Source: Camelus ferus (taxonomy: Eukaryota). From it: a stretch of DNA of 64,000 nucleotides. Shown here one piece after another: positions 12,441-24,750 of the stretch (its first letter is position 1; each line of letters starts with the position of its first letter). Both the position numbers and the translations under genes were made by a program. Under the pieces are notes generated by a model. That model searched no databases and had not been told where the DNA came from. It was given only the letters and a program-made list of their open reading frames with translations. The stretch spans positions 36,396,001-36,460,000 of the forward strand of contig NC_045697.1 in assembly GCF_009834535.1 (NCBI RefSeq). Reading direction: 5' to 3'.

Positions 12441-13940
12441 AGAAGGAGCTGGTTATGAGATAGCTGAGGTATTTTTTTTTCCATCTCCCTCCCGCTCAGA
12501 TGCTGCTCCTTGAGTAATCTCAGGGATGATAAAACCTAATTCGAAATTTGATATTTTCCCTTGAATCTGAACATATCTCTTTAAGAGGACAGCCACGTTG
12601 CCCAGCTAAACTAACGGCAGCCAGAGAAGACAAAAGCAACCGACTGCTGTGTGATGTTTTATAGTTTATATATTTCTATCACATACATTATTGGACACAA
12701 GCGTCTAACAAACATACCAGTTTCACCTACACTTTCTCCATCTTCCCTCATCTCATAGGCACCAAATCTTAATCTGCTTCAAAAATCTGGAATCCAGCCC
12801 TTCTCCCTATCCATGCTTGCTGTCACTGCCTTAGTCCACCATCATGGCTCAACTGGACAATAGCAGTGATCCCCCATCACTTCCCAGTTTTCCATCTCTT
12901 GTCCCTCCGATTCAGATAACTTTATCCAACCATTTTTTTCTGCTTGAAAGCCTCTCGTGACCAAATTGCCTACAGGATACAACCAGACACTCTAATGGCA
13001 CCAAAAACCTTCATGATTTCTCAATTTCTCTCCAGCCACTCCCATGTTAGAACATGAAATACTTGCATAATGAAGGCAACAGACTGAGCCCAGAATGTTT
13101 CAGAGGTTCATTCAATGAGTATTTATTAAGCACTTAATAAGTGTAATCACTGCTCTAGGCTCCAAAGATGCAGTGGTTAATAAGATCTATTACTTGATTC
13201 ATGAAAAGTTTACACCTCTGCTAAGTACTTGCCATATCATAGGGTAAGTTTTAACATACCTGTTTTCCTTCCCACATTTGTTCTCCTAGATGGTGCACCA
13301 GAGACCTGGAATCCCCAACACTAGAAAATAACAGATATTCAATAAATGTTTGTTGAATAAATTTTCAATTCATATCAATCTAATAAATAATATATTCAAC
13401 CAGCTTTTAATGGGCATGTACAATATTCCAGTCACTGTGGATAGGCACTGAGGATATGGATAAAGCCACAGCCTTGCCTTCAAAATAATCTGAAATAAAA
13501 GTACCCACACATGTAAAGCAAACAAATGCAATCAAATGTTACAAGAGCAATGATTTTTTAAAAAAATGTTTAAGTGTTGCAAATTGGTAAAAATAAATTC
13601 TGACTAAGTGAAGGAAAAAAGGAAGTGGTCAAAAGTTTCATATAGGACATGAATTTTCAGTTTCCTTCAAAGAAAACCAGGTGCTCACCAGGTGTACAGG
13701 ATGGGGAGGAGCGAACCTGACCGCCCAGGCAAAGAGTGCAGCATGAACAAATATGTAGAAGTATGAAACCTTACAACGTGTTCTCTAGAGCTACAAATGG
13801 TTTAGTACAGCTTGAATGTATTGTTTAAACAGAGGCCCATGAAGAAATAGGAGCTAGGAACTAGAAAAGAAGGGACTAGATCAGAGTGAGTCTCATTTTT
13901 CATTCTAACTAGCAGCAAACGATGGAGAACTATTAAAATA

Positions 13941-14254
13941 CAATCATCCCTCGATATCCTTGAGGAATTGGTTCCAGGTCACCTCCTACCAAGATACCAA
14001 AATTTCAGATGCTCAAGTCACCTGTATAAAATGGCATAGGATTTGCGTATAACCCATAAACTGTATACTTTAAGTCAGCTTTAGATTACTTATAATACCT
14101 AGTAACAATGTCAATTCTATGTGAATAGTTGTTGGTGCATGGTAAATTCAGGTTTTGCTATTTGGAACTTTCTGGAATTCTTTTTCAAATATTTTACACC
14201 CAATGTTGGTTGAATCCATGGCTGTGGAACTTGTCAAAATGGAGGGCCTGAGTG
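13941..14254. mobile_element. MER2-like TcMar-Tigger MITE
   Basis: TA|CAATCATCCCTCGATATCC...GGAGGGCCTGAGTG|TA: imperfect TIRs, TA target duplication, typical interior. Confidence 0.8.
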
Positions 14255-14644
14255 TATTTTTAGGAGTGGAAATAATTTGTTCATAGCTGGAGTTTACGGG
14301 GGGGAAAAAGGTTGTAAATGGAAAATAATTTGAATGGAGTAAGAGTTAGGGCAGGGAGAGGAGATAGAAAACAGTAAAAGCAATGACTCTAGGTGAGAGT
14401 ATATAGGGGTACTGAGAAAAGGGGGTAGGCATCGTGGGATTTTTGAAGAGATGTCAAGAGACCCAAGAAGCCTGGTGACCAGACTGACAAAGAGAGAGGC
14501 AAAGGGAAAAATGCCCCAGTTTTCTGCCTGGGTGACTAGTAAGTGGCAGTCACTGAGATTTGAAAAAATAAAAGAGAAGCATAAGCATATCAGGGAATAA
14601 ATTACTGAGTTTGGTTGGGACATATTTTTGTTTGTCTATATGTC

Positions 14645-15320
14645 TGTTTTTTTAATTATGGGAAAATACATGAAATTTACCATCTTAACCATTTTTAAGT
14701 GCACAGTTCTGAAATTAAGTATTTTCACATTGTTATGCAACCAATCTTTAGAACTTTTTTGTCTTTGGAAACTGAAACTATACCCATTAGCAACAACTCT
14801 CCATTCCTCCTTCCCCTGGCAACCATCATTCTACTTTCTGTTTCTATGAGTTGACTATTCTAGGTCCCTCATATAATTAGAATCATACAATTATTTGTGT
14901 TTCTGTGACTGGCTTATTTCTCTTAGCATTAATATCCTCAAAGTTTATCCATGTTATATAGCAGAATTTTCTTCTTTTTTAAGGCTGAATAATATTCCAT
15001 TGTATATACTGCTATGTATACCACATTTTGTTCATTTATTCACCAGCCAATGGACATTTGGATTGCTTTCACATTTTGGCAATTGTGAATAATACTGCTA
15101 GGAACATGAGTATACAAATATTTATTTGAGACCTTGCTTTCCATTCTTGTGGATATATACCCAGAAGTAGAACTGCTGGATCATACAGTAATTCTATTTT
15201 TAATTTTTCTGAGGACCCTCTGTTTCCATAGCTGCTATACCATTTTACTTTCTTACCGACAGTGTACGAGCATTCTAATTTCCCCAAGTTCTTGCTAACA
15301 CTTGTTATTTTCTGTTATTG
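14645..15320 (-). mobile_element. L1MA/MB 3' region
   Basis: AAATTTACCATCTTAACCATTTTTAAGTG...GGATATATACCCAGAAGTAGAACTGCTGGATCATA. ORF 15069..15287 gives an L1 ORF2 C-terminal-like peptide KLKIELLYDPAVLLLGIYP. Confidence 0.85.
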
Positions 15321-15334
15321 TGCAGGCTTTTTGC

Positions 15335-15665
15335 ATTTTTATTGAAGTATAGTTGATTTACAATGTTTCAGATTTACAGCAAAGTGATTCAGTTATACAT
15401 ATGTATGCATATATATATTCCTTTTCATATTCTTTTCCATTATAGGTTATTACAAGCTATTGAATATAGTTCCCTGTGTTATAAAGTAGGTCCTTGTTGT
15501 TTATCTATTTTATATATAGTAGTGTATATATGTTAATCCCAAATTCTTGATTTACCCCTCCCCTCTCCACCCTTTCCCCTTTGGTAACCATAAGTTTGTT
15601 TTCTATGTCTTTGAATCTATTTCTGTTTTGTAAATAAGTTCATTTGTGTCATTTTTTAAGATTCT
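15335..15665 (-). mobile_element. Younger cetartiodactyl-type L1 3' end
   Basis: TTTTATTGAAGTATAGTTGATTTACAATG...CAGCAAAGTGATTCAGTTATAC...CCCTTTGGTAACCATAAGTTTG. Confidence 0.8.
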
Positions 15666-16779
15666 AGCTGTTGTTGTTTTGATAGTAGACATTGTAATGG
15701 GAGTGGGAACTTGTTTTAAGGTACTGTGGGACATCCAGGTGGAAACATCTGGTAGACAGTTGGATGTATGATTATGGATTGCAGGACAGAAGTCTGGTGA
15801 TTTGGGAATCATTAGCAAATGGGTGTGCTTGAGATTGCTTAAAGACAGCATGAAGAAGACAGAAGACAATAAGGGTGATGGACAGATCTCTAAGCAACAT
15901 TTCCAGGTCTGTGGAAGAAGGGAAGCCAGTGAGTGGAGTCATAAGGGAAACAAGTTTCAAAAAGAATAGAGTGGTCAACAGTGGCAAGTACCAAAGAAGG
16001 GAAAAGGGAGATGGAATATGAAAAAGAAAGGCTGGAAGAATATGAAGCTAGGGTCAAAGAGACTAGCTTGGCCTCTAAAATTCAAGAAGGGAACAGTTCC
16101 AGGATATAATAAAATCCATGGGGTGGCCCTGAAGGCAGACTGCTGAAGTGGAGTGAATGAAGTTTGTAAGATAGTTAGATTCTAGGACGTCAAAAAACAG
16201 GCAAGCCAGATATGCAAGTCACTCATAATGGTGCCAAGTGGTAAAAGAAAGGAAGACTGTGCACCCGACCCCCAGCATCATCTGTGAATGAGGGGAGATG
16301 AAGAGAGAGGGGCAGAGGTGGTTAACTAGGAGGTATGCACTGACAAGGAGGAGGGTTTTCACAAGAAAGTGGGACCATAACAGTCTGGTAGTGGCCCACC
16401 AGCGTCAGAGTTATAGCAATCCTATCTCCAGGCTTCACAGTACAACAGGATGAAGGAAAATTGTGGGCATGCAGTATAGAAGGATGAAGAGAAGTGCTGT
16501 TTTTGGAGAGAAATTAGGTTTAAGTTTCAGTGAATGAGTAGAGACATCGTTCTGCTAAAATAATGAGACTATGGGACATGTATATATAATGGAACAAGGC
16601 TAGGGACTGAGAGTTAGGTGCAGAGTTGGAATGCAGATCTGAAGAAACTAGGAGGAAATAAGCACAGAGAATGTAAGGGAATGACACTTAAAGAGTTGAC
16701 AAAAAGTGAGTCAGAATGAGATGTGGGGACCCCATAAAGTTGGACAGTGCACAACCTGTATGGCCACATGCCACCCAAA

Positions 16780-17350
16780 GGGCTGCCAGATCATGAAGGG
16801 GCTTGTAGGTCACGTGGTGGGAAATTTGGATTGTATTTGATGTGTAACCAGGAAGCTATTTAAGGGGTCTGTGTTACTTGAATTGCTGTGTGGCAGTGGA
16901 GATGGAGAGAAGTAGACAGATTTGGGATATAGTTTATAGGAAGAACTAACAGTTCTTGCTAATGGGTTTTCATAGGCATGAGAAGGACTCAAGAGGGAAA
17001 GAGAGGAATCAAGGATGATTCTTTGGGTTTTGGCTAAACAACTGGTCAGTTGGTGGTTACTGAGAGTATGATGGAGAAGCCTGGGAGAGGATGGAAGTGG
17101 GAGAGGACAGGTTTGGGAGGGGAGCCCACAAGTTTTGTTTTGGGCATAAGTTTGACATACCTATTAAATAACCAAGAGAGGCATGTGGTAAAGCTTCAGA
17201 GTGAGCAGTTTGTCCTGAGCTCAAGGAGAAATTAAGAATGCAGACAGAAAGTTGGGAGTCATTGATACATATCACATGGACAGTGTTAAAAGTCATGCAA
17301 CTGGATGGAATGACCTTGGTAGACAGGGTAAACAGAAATGAGAAGAAAAA
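16780..17350 (-). mobile_element. L2 fragment
   Basis: GGAATCAAGGATGATTC...AGAATGCAGACAGAAAGTTGGGAGTCATT, L2-like. Confidence 0.55.
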
Positions 17351-17874
17351 CCAGGAAAAAATCCATTTCTTGCTCTCAGATATTATAGCAGAGTCAGATG
17401 AATTCTTGCTACAGTTACATGTTTAAGATCATCAGATTTACCTTATTTAAATGTGATTTGTACTTTTCTGCCCTAAGTAGCCAGCAATTATTTCCTATTC
17501 TCATCAAATCAAGCATCTCTCCCTTCATCTCATTGCTAAGACCTCCATATATATGATCAACCCTTAAGGATTTACCAAGCACTTTCCATTTGCTTGATAT
17601 TGTAAGATAGCATTTGGTAAATAAAAAAATTTTGTTTTCACCCTTAAAGAATGTGCAGTTTACACAACAGTGTAGATGTGAATGAGAGATGATAACAATT
17701 TTCCAGAAACAATTAGTGTTAAATAGAATTTAGTGTTAAAATATACCAGAATGCAGAGGAAGATAGATAACTGGGGCTTCATTCCTCACTTTAGTATCTA
17801 GAGAGCAAAGAAAACTCTGTACATGTGCAGTTACTCAGATTGCTCAAAGAACAAAAGGCCTAAACCATAATATA

Positions 17875-18517
17875 TGTCGACAAAAATAATCAGTAAGTGA
17901 TCTATTATAGGAATAGAAAAGAATTTTATTTAAGCCAAACTGAGGACTGTAGACCAGAAGACAGACTCTTGGATACCTCTGAGGAACTGCTCCAAAGAAG
18001 CATAGTTTTCAGCACAGTTTTATCTTGTCAGAACAAAGAACATCAAACAAATCAGGATTATATTCCTTCAAGGTTTAAAAAAAAAAGATCAGCAGGTACA
18101 CAGAAAGTCAGTATGGCCTTGGCACCTGGGAGTGGAGTCTTACCATCAAAGGAGGACCAGCACGGTATCTTAGGAGTGGAGGCATTTTATCTTTATTTTT
18201 AACATGGACATTCTTTACTTCTGATCAAGGTGCCCTTTCCTTTAATAATTAAAGCAGATATACAAAATATGTTTGATAGGAAATAAACAGGCTATTTTAG
18301 TTAGCATAAAATTCAAGTTAACTCACGTATAAGCCAGTGGATGGGGTTATATCTCAGTGGTAGAGCGCTTGCTTGGCGTGCACAAGGTCCTGGGTTCAAT
18401 CCCCAGTACCTCCGTTAAGTGGAAAAACAAAACCAAAAAATAAAAACAAAACCACAAAACTCATGTGTAAGCCAGAATGACTTCCCCATACCTCAATATG
18501 TGAAAATTTCTTTATCG
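17875..18517 (-). mobile_element. Solo LTR (ERV1-like)
   Basis: Begins TGTCGA and ends TATCG (degenerate TG...CA), flanked by 4-bp TATA at 17871-17874 and 18518-18521. Minus-strand AATAAA (TTTATT 17925-17930) about 50 nt from the end. Confidence 0.6.
18339..18457 (+). mobile_element. Short tRNA-derived SINE (camelid Vic-1-like) nested in the LTR
   Basis: A-box TCTCAGTGGTAGAG, B-box GGTTCAATCCC, A-rich tail. 18-bp TSD AACTCA(C/T)GT(A/G)TAAGCCAG at 18320-18337 and 18458-18475. Confidence 0.85.
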
Positions 18518-18917
18518 TATAGCACCAGCTCACCTCTAACTTGTCAGATGTTTTCACATTTAAAACCTCATTTTAGCTTTGTTATCCTTCCAAGAAGTGG
18601 GTATAAAATGCTATTTTAATATATCGATTTACTGATGAGAAAACTGAGGAACATCGAAGGGACATAACTAAAGTTGGCAGTGAATAGCACAGTTGGGCCT
18701 AAATGCCGTATCTATTTAAAACACATTTATGAGAACTTACTATCTACTAAACACTGAGCAAGGCACTTTTTACCTCTTGTCATCATTTTAACCATCAACT
18801 ACTAAGCACTCCCTTTCAGTACTTCTCAGAGACAGATGCATTAAAAGTGGTACTTTGTTGTTTCAGGGTTTTTGTTTTTTGGTTTTTTTGTTTTGGTTTT
18901 TTTTTGGCAGGAACCAA

Positions 18918-18921
<4 letters not shown>

Positions 18922-18980
<59 letters not shown>
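18922..18980. repeat. Compound microsatellite (TC)n(CA)n
   Basis: Directly visible. Confidence 0.97.
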
Positions 18981-18982
<2 letters not shown>

Positions 18983-19699
18983 TGGGAAACAAATATAATC
19001 AGAATATATGGAGAATTGTAGTTTGGTAAGGTCATAATTTTATATAATATCTTGAAGCTACCTATCTTTGAAATCTCCCCTGGTGGGAGATGAAGTCACC
19101 CTTAACTAAGGAAGCTTATCGAGGCAAGAAACTCAGATTGGAAGCAAAGAAGGAAGAGGTCTTTGAAGAGTTATTATTAGTGATTTATGGGCTTCTTTGC
19201 TTGTGAACATCTTCATTTTCAAAGCTTAGCTCAAATGCTACCTCTACAATGAAGGCGATTCTGATGCATCAATTATTATTCATCAATTCAGTTCAGTTTA
19301 AGTAATGCCTTAAAGGACAAGCTCATTTTAGGCAGCATAAAGAGGCTGGCTCCTCATCAACAGGCAATTGGTTCTCCCATAAAACCACCAAAGGACTCAT
19401 GGAATGATAAGTAGAAAGATAAATAGACAGAACTGTGAGTGATTGCCTTACAATACTCTCAAGCAGAATGTAAAATCTTCATTTCATTACTGTCAGTAGT
19501 GGCCAAGAAAATCTTCTGCGTGTTACACACCATATCAGAAAGTAGAATGACATGTAAGAAGATACCCTGTTTGAGGGAGGACTTGGAGAAGAGTCTTATG
19601 GAAACAGGGAAAAGATATGTAGTCAGGTAATTATTATATGATGTGATAGACACATGCCATAGTGTGTAGAAAGAAGTGATTAGCTCTACACTACCCACC

Positions 19700-20165
19700 T
19701 CCCAATAATCCTAATCTCATCTATATATCCTCTCACTCCCTCACTTCACTGCAGCTTTGGCTTCCTTGAATGCTCCAAGTATGCTTCTGCCTCAGGGCCT
19801 TTGTACTTCCTATTCTCTGTCTGGTAGGGCTTCTCCCAGAAATCCATAATGGATACTTCTCTCTATTTGAGTCTCTTCTCTTGTACCACCTCATTAGAGT
19901 GACTTTACCTGACCCCTTGATATAAGATTGCACCTTACCCCTCTTCATCACTCCACTTTGGGTTCCCCGTCCTGCTTACTCTTCTTCATAATACTTATCA
20001 CCGTTTGACATATTGTACATTTATATGTTTATATTCTGTCTCCCTTGGGATGAAAGCTTCACAAAGGGAAGGACTGTTTTACTCATTGCTGAATCTACAT
20101 AGCTTAGAAGAGTCCTTGGCACTTGGTAGACCCCTCCCCCATGAAATACTTATAGAATAAATAAA
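19700..20165 (+). mobile_element. L2 3' end
   Basis: CTGCCTCAGGGCCTTTGTACTT...TCATTGCTGAATCT...TAGAATAAATAAATGG. Confidence 0.7.
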
Positions 20166-20649
20166 TGGGATTCAGGAAAGATTTCACAAAGTTGACTATA
20201 TCTCAACAGAGTTTAGAAGTATGCAAGGAATTATACTCTGTAGATAAGGGAGACTGAAATAGCAACAGAGGAGTGTTCAAAGGTAAGGGGGATTAAAACC
20301 ACATGATTTGTTTAAATAACATGAGAGTGTGGCACTGGTGTTATGTAAACAGTTTGTTTGTGCTTCTATTACAACAGACCCACTTTTCCCTTGTAGGAGA
20401 GTTTACTGTTTATGACCCTTCTGACTCCTCTCAATAAACTGAGAGCTCTTTAAGAGCAGGGACTATGTTTTACTCATACCTTTATTTTTTAAGTTCTTAA
20501 ACAGCAGATATTCAATATTTGTTAAATAAATAAATGAAAAACATTATTTATTGACTGGAGAGCAAGTAAACCCATTATTGATTTGTAAAACTAGAATGGC
20601 TTTCTTTCTATTGAAAAGCAAGCATCTTGTTTGAACACTTTAGAATGGA

Positions 20650-20790
20650 GAGAGACTTCAGAGATCATTTAACTCAGCTTTCCCATTTTATAGATGAGAA
20701 AACTGAAGCATAGAGAGATTGACTTGAGTTCATGCTACTACTTGGTAGTTATGGTTAAGAACTAGAAAATCACTTTTGACCCATCCTATG
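20650..20790 (-). mobile_element. MIR SINE fragment
   Basis: CCCATTTTATAGATGAGAAAACTGAAGCATAGAGAG. Confidence 0.65.
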
Positions 20791-21579
20791 TGATCTCCTT
20801 GGAGGATGTATTCTCAAAAGTAGCCCCAAAGTTGTTAAATACTTCACACTTTATGATCTATCTTGGAGAGAAATGTGTACAAACCTGCAAGAAGTCATTT
20901 ACAAGGCTCTTCATTGTAGTTGTTTTTTCCTTTGTGACAGTGAAAAGGTGAAAGCAATCTAAATGTACAATAGGTAAATAGCCATATTCATTTTGTGATA
21001 GCCATGCAATGGAATATTATGAAAGCACTTAAAAATGTATATACTTTGATGTTCAAGAACATGGAAAAGATCTTCAAGACATTGCTGAGCTTAAAAAAAA
21101 AAGCAATCCACACAATGGTACCTACAGTATTGTACACTTTAAGACTCGTTAACCTCAAGTACTTCCACCAAAACAATACACATGAACAAAATACATAGAA
21201 AATTTCATAATGCTGCACATAAAACAGAAAAACGAAGGCTATTTCTGGAAAGGAGAGTAATGGATGAGAGTGTCTTTGACTTTTTAATAAGGAGAATGAA
21301 CTATTAGTTTGGCTTTTGTTTGCTGTTAAAACTAATTTTTCAAGAAAGTGATCACGAATTATTATTTCTTCTCTAATGAGAAATAGGGGACTGATAAGGT
21401 AATGATTCTGTATCAAGTCTCATACAACATGTAAAGAATGAAACAAGGCCTCGAGGAAGATGAAGAAAAAAACCCGGCTGAGAACAGAAACAATGCAGGA
21501 AGAGCGGAGAGGAACAATGGTGTGCCCTCCAGCAAGAGCAACACGGATTTTTAGAGGAAAGGTTGGGGGAGGGGAACCC

Positions 21580-22340
21580 TAGCCGACGCATGACGTCACG
21601 GGAGAAGCCACGCTAAGACAGCGAAGAAGATTCCTTGAGGGCGGGGCCGACTAAGAGGCGCATGCGCAACCAGGCTCAGGTGGACGCCGCGGAAGTGAAG
21701 CCACCTAGAGACGCCGCGCTGCAGGAGTGCTGCTGCGCGTGCGCGGGCGGAGCGGCGCCGGAGTCGTCTTTTTTGCCGCCTCCGCCGCCGCGGCGGCCGT
21801 GTCCCTTGGATTTGAGTCTCCAGCATTCTTCGTTCGCTCGCCGGCGGGTTCGCGCCCCTCTCGAGCCCCCGGGCAGCGAGGCTGGGGAAGGGGTTGGAGG
21901 GGGCTGTTGATCTCCGCCTTTAAGTTGTGCTCGGGGCGGCCATGTCGGCCGGCGAGGTCGAGCGCCTAGTGTCGGAGCTGAGCGGCGGGACCGGAGGGGA
22001 TGAGGAGGAAGAGTGGCTCTATGGCGGTACGGAACTTCTTGTCCCTTCTCTCTCTCCCGGGTTCTCTCAGGCCTCCCCTCCCGCCCGCAGACGGCCGGCG
22101 TCCCGGGCCCTTCACGCTGCCGGCTGGGGCCTCCAGTACGGAGCCTTATCCGGCCTGCCTTAGGCCGAGCGCGGCGTGTGCGTCCCCCGCCCCTCTCTGC
22201 CTCCTCCCGCCCAGCCCACGCCCCCAACACGCACCCACCCCGCGGCCACCGGGTCGGGGCTGGGCCGGGGGCGCGGGCGCGGGGACCCCAGCCTCGCCCT
22301 CCTCCTCTCGGCGCTTCCCGGCCGCCTCGCCTCCGCGCTC
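21580..22340 (+). promoter_or_regulatory. FIP1L1: FIP1L1 CpG island, promoter and 5' UTR
   Basis: Very GC/CpG-rich. CRE TGACGTCA 21591-21598, GC box 21639-21646, NRF1-type GCGCATGCGC 21658-21667 and TGCGCGTGCGC 21734-21744, ETS/GABP CGGAAGTG 21690-21697. No obvious TATA box. Confidence 0.9.
21942..22026 (+). CDS. FIP1L1: FIP1L1 exon 1 coding part (85 nt) [28 protein letters not shown]
   Basis: GCGGCCATGT start context; recognised FIP1L1 N-terminus; donor GCG|GTACGG. Confidence 0.97.
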
Positions 22341-23163
22341 TTTCAAACTCTTGTTTTTTTATATCGATTCTGAGCTGTGTTGGTGTGTCTCTTGCCCCTT
22401 GACTGTAGGATGCCCTTCCTGTTCCCAGAAACAGTCATTCTGTAATAATAGCTAAATAAAGTTGATGCTGTAAAACTAACGTCTTGTTTCTTGATGGTCA
22501 GTTTGTATGGAATGCACCTGCAAGGGTACCTCCTTGTCTGAAAGTCGTGCTTTAAAAATAATTAATTAAAAGAGAGAAAGAAAAAGATGGAATACATTAT
22601 GGCCCATAAAGAAAACCCCGAGTGTCTCCTGTATTAAGGTGAAGTTTTTATTTTTTAAGAGACTGCTCTTTAACCCACATCATAAAAGTACCTCATGTCC
22701 CTTAGGCTTATCGTTTTCAGTATCTCATGTATACCTTTTTCATAAAATAATTTTACTGCCCTCTTGAAAGGGGCTTTTTGACATCTGGTTTTTAACTGCC
22801 ATTAAGTCACAGTCCCCTCTGTATGGAAAGTTAATGTTTGTTCCTTGCCTAAAATGCATATTCTTGATTGTCTTTAGTATAGTACAAATGCACGTTTGGA
22901 CACCGTGCAGCTCCTTGGTGATGTGTCTTCGACAAACTGATTTTTGATAAACTTGTAAAATACATTGTCTTTGGTGGCAAGATTAGTAATACTCTGAAAT
23001 GTAAATGTGTAGGGTTTCTTTTACAAAGATCTAGAAATTTTTAATACTTCTTAAGCTTTTTTTTAATAGAAGTAAAGTCTGATTTTTTAATTTATTTTTC
23101 ATAAAAGACATATTTTGTTAAGTCATTCATTATAAGGTGATCTAACTTTGGATGTGCTTATAG

Positions 23164-23208
23164 GCCCATGGGACGTGCATGTGCACAGTGATTTGGCAAA
23201 GGACCTAG
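23164..23208 (+). CDS. FIP1L1: FIP1L1 exon 2 (45 nt, frame-preserving) GPWDVHVHSDLAKDL
   Basis: TAG|GCCC...CTAG|GTTAGT; phase 1-1; in frame. Confidence 0.92.
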   Translation, partial: AHGTCMCTVIWQRT

Positions 23209-23311
23209 GTTAGTGCTTGTGATGATCACTTCAGATTTTCATAATACCGGTTTCTTTAAGAGTGGTTTGTTTGTTAATTTTATTTATTTATTTATGTATT
23301 TTTTTTGGTAG

Positions 23312-23351
23312 ATGAAAATGAAGTTGAAAGGCCAGAAGAAGAAAATGCCAG
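23312..23351 (+). CDS. FIP1L1: FIP1L1 exon 3 (40 nt) DENEVERPEEENAS
   Basis: T-rich tract, TAG|ATGAAA...CCAG|GTTAGT; in frame. Confidence 0.95.
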
Positions 23352-24019
23352 GTTAGTGAAATTTCTTGATGATTGTGTGGTACTTGTACAATGGCTCTAT
23401 CGCCAAATTGTCAGAATTATTTCATTATAGTCATTGGCTTGATTACATTTTGACTGAAGTGTTGGGAGACATTGCATCCTTTAGAGTGTATTCTATTTCA
23501 GGTCCAAATTTTATACCAAATCTGTTTATTTGGTAGTAGCCTAGGGAACAACAAGTTTTTGAAGTAAGGGTTTGAATATTTTTCTCTATTAAATAACTTT
23601 GTACTCTTAAGTGAGCTCAATAGTGGAGTATACAGGATATAACTTAGACTACTAGGAAAAAACTTTTAAACTTTTTAAAAATAGGTAATTCTTTGGGTAA
23701 CTACTTTTACAACTTCTTAAATATTTTTGATGGTGTAATGTAGTTTGGTTATAACTTGAATGTTTTGTAGTTATTTAAAATTCAAAGTGGAAGTAATGAA
23801 TTTGTTATAAGATTGATTGCCTCTGTTAGATTACTAGAGAAGTCTGAGTATAATTTACAGAGCATGTAGAGGGAGCCAGAAAGTTATTTTAAATTTCATA
23901 ACAAGTCTTGCATAGATATGCTGACATTACACTGAGCAGATGCTTTAGTGTCTTATATGGGGAAGAGGTTTTTACAAAAAGGGCTTTTAAGGAATATTTG
24001 CGTTTATAAAGAGAAGGAA

Positions 24020-24750
24020 ATACCACTTCACAACAACTAAGGTGGCTGTAGGCAGAAAGAGTGGTAGTAACAGGTGTTGAAGATAGGGAGAACTTGGGAC
24101 CCTTACATACTGATGATAGGATTATAAAGTGGTGCAGCTACTGTGGAAAATAGTTTGATAGTTCCTCAAAAGGTTAAACATAGAGCTACCATATGATCCA
24201 GGAATTCTAGTCCTAGATATATTCCTTAGAGAAATTAAAACATACATCACACAAACACTTTATGTGAATGTTCATAGCAGCATTATTCATAATAGCCAAA
24301 AATTGGAAATAACCCAAGGGTCCATCAAATGATGAGTGGACACATTTAGAAAAGTAGTGTATCCATACAGTGAAATACTATTTGGCAGTTATAAAGAAAT
24401 GAAGTACTGATACATGGTAGAACATGGGTGAATCTTGAAAACATTATACTAAGTGAAAGAAGCCAGTCATGAAGGACTCCATATTTTATTTCTAATTATA
24501 TTAGATGTGCAGAATAGGTGAATACAGAAGGTAGTGATTGCCAGGACAGGAAAACGGAGAGCAACTACATATATATACTACATATATATAAGGTTTCTTT
24601 TTGGGATGATGAAAATGTTCTGGAAATTAGATGGTTGTGAGAGTTGCACTGTTCTGTGAACATACTTAAAAACTTTTCAGTTGTACACTTCAAATGAGTG
24701 GATTGTATGGTATATGAATTATGTTACAAAACTGTTATTTTAAAAAAAAG
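24020..24750 (+). mobile_element. L1MB-like 3' region
   Basis: AAACATAGAGCTACCATATGATCCAG...GAATGTTCATAGCAGCATTATTCATAATAGCCAAAA...GATGAAAATGTTCTGGAA, ending in an A-run. Confidence 0.85.

Noticed and set aside
18339..18415. tRNA gene
   Set aside because: A and B boxes are present, but the A-rich tail, 18-bp TSD and poor acceptor stem identify it as a SINE.
12177..21942. Single bidirectional promoter
   Set aside because: The starts are about 9.8 kb apart, with two separate CpG islands and repeat-filled DNA between them.
21596..22455. Cluster of 65-184 aa Arg/Pro/Gly/Ala-rich ORFs on both strands
   Set aside because: Stop-codon depletion in the FIP1L1 CpG island; only 21942-22026 is supported as coding.
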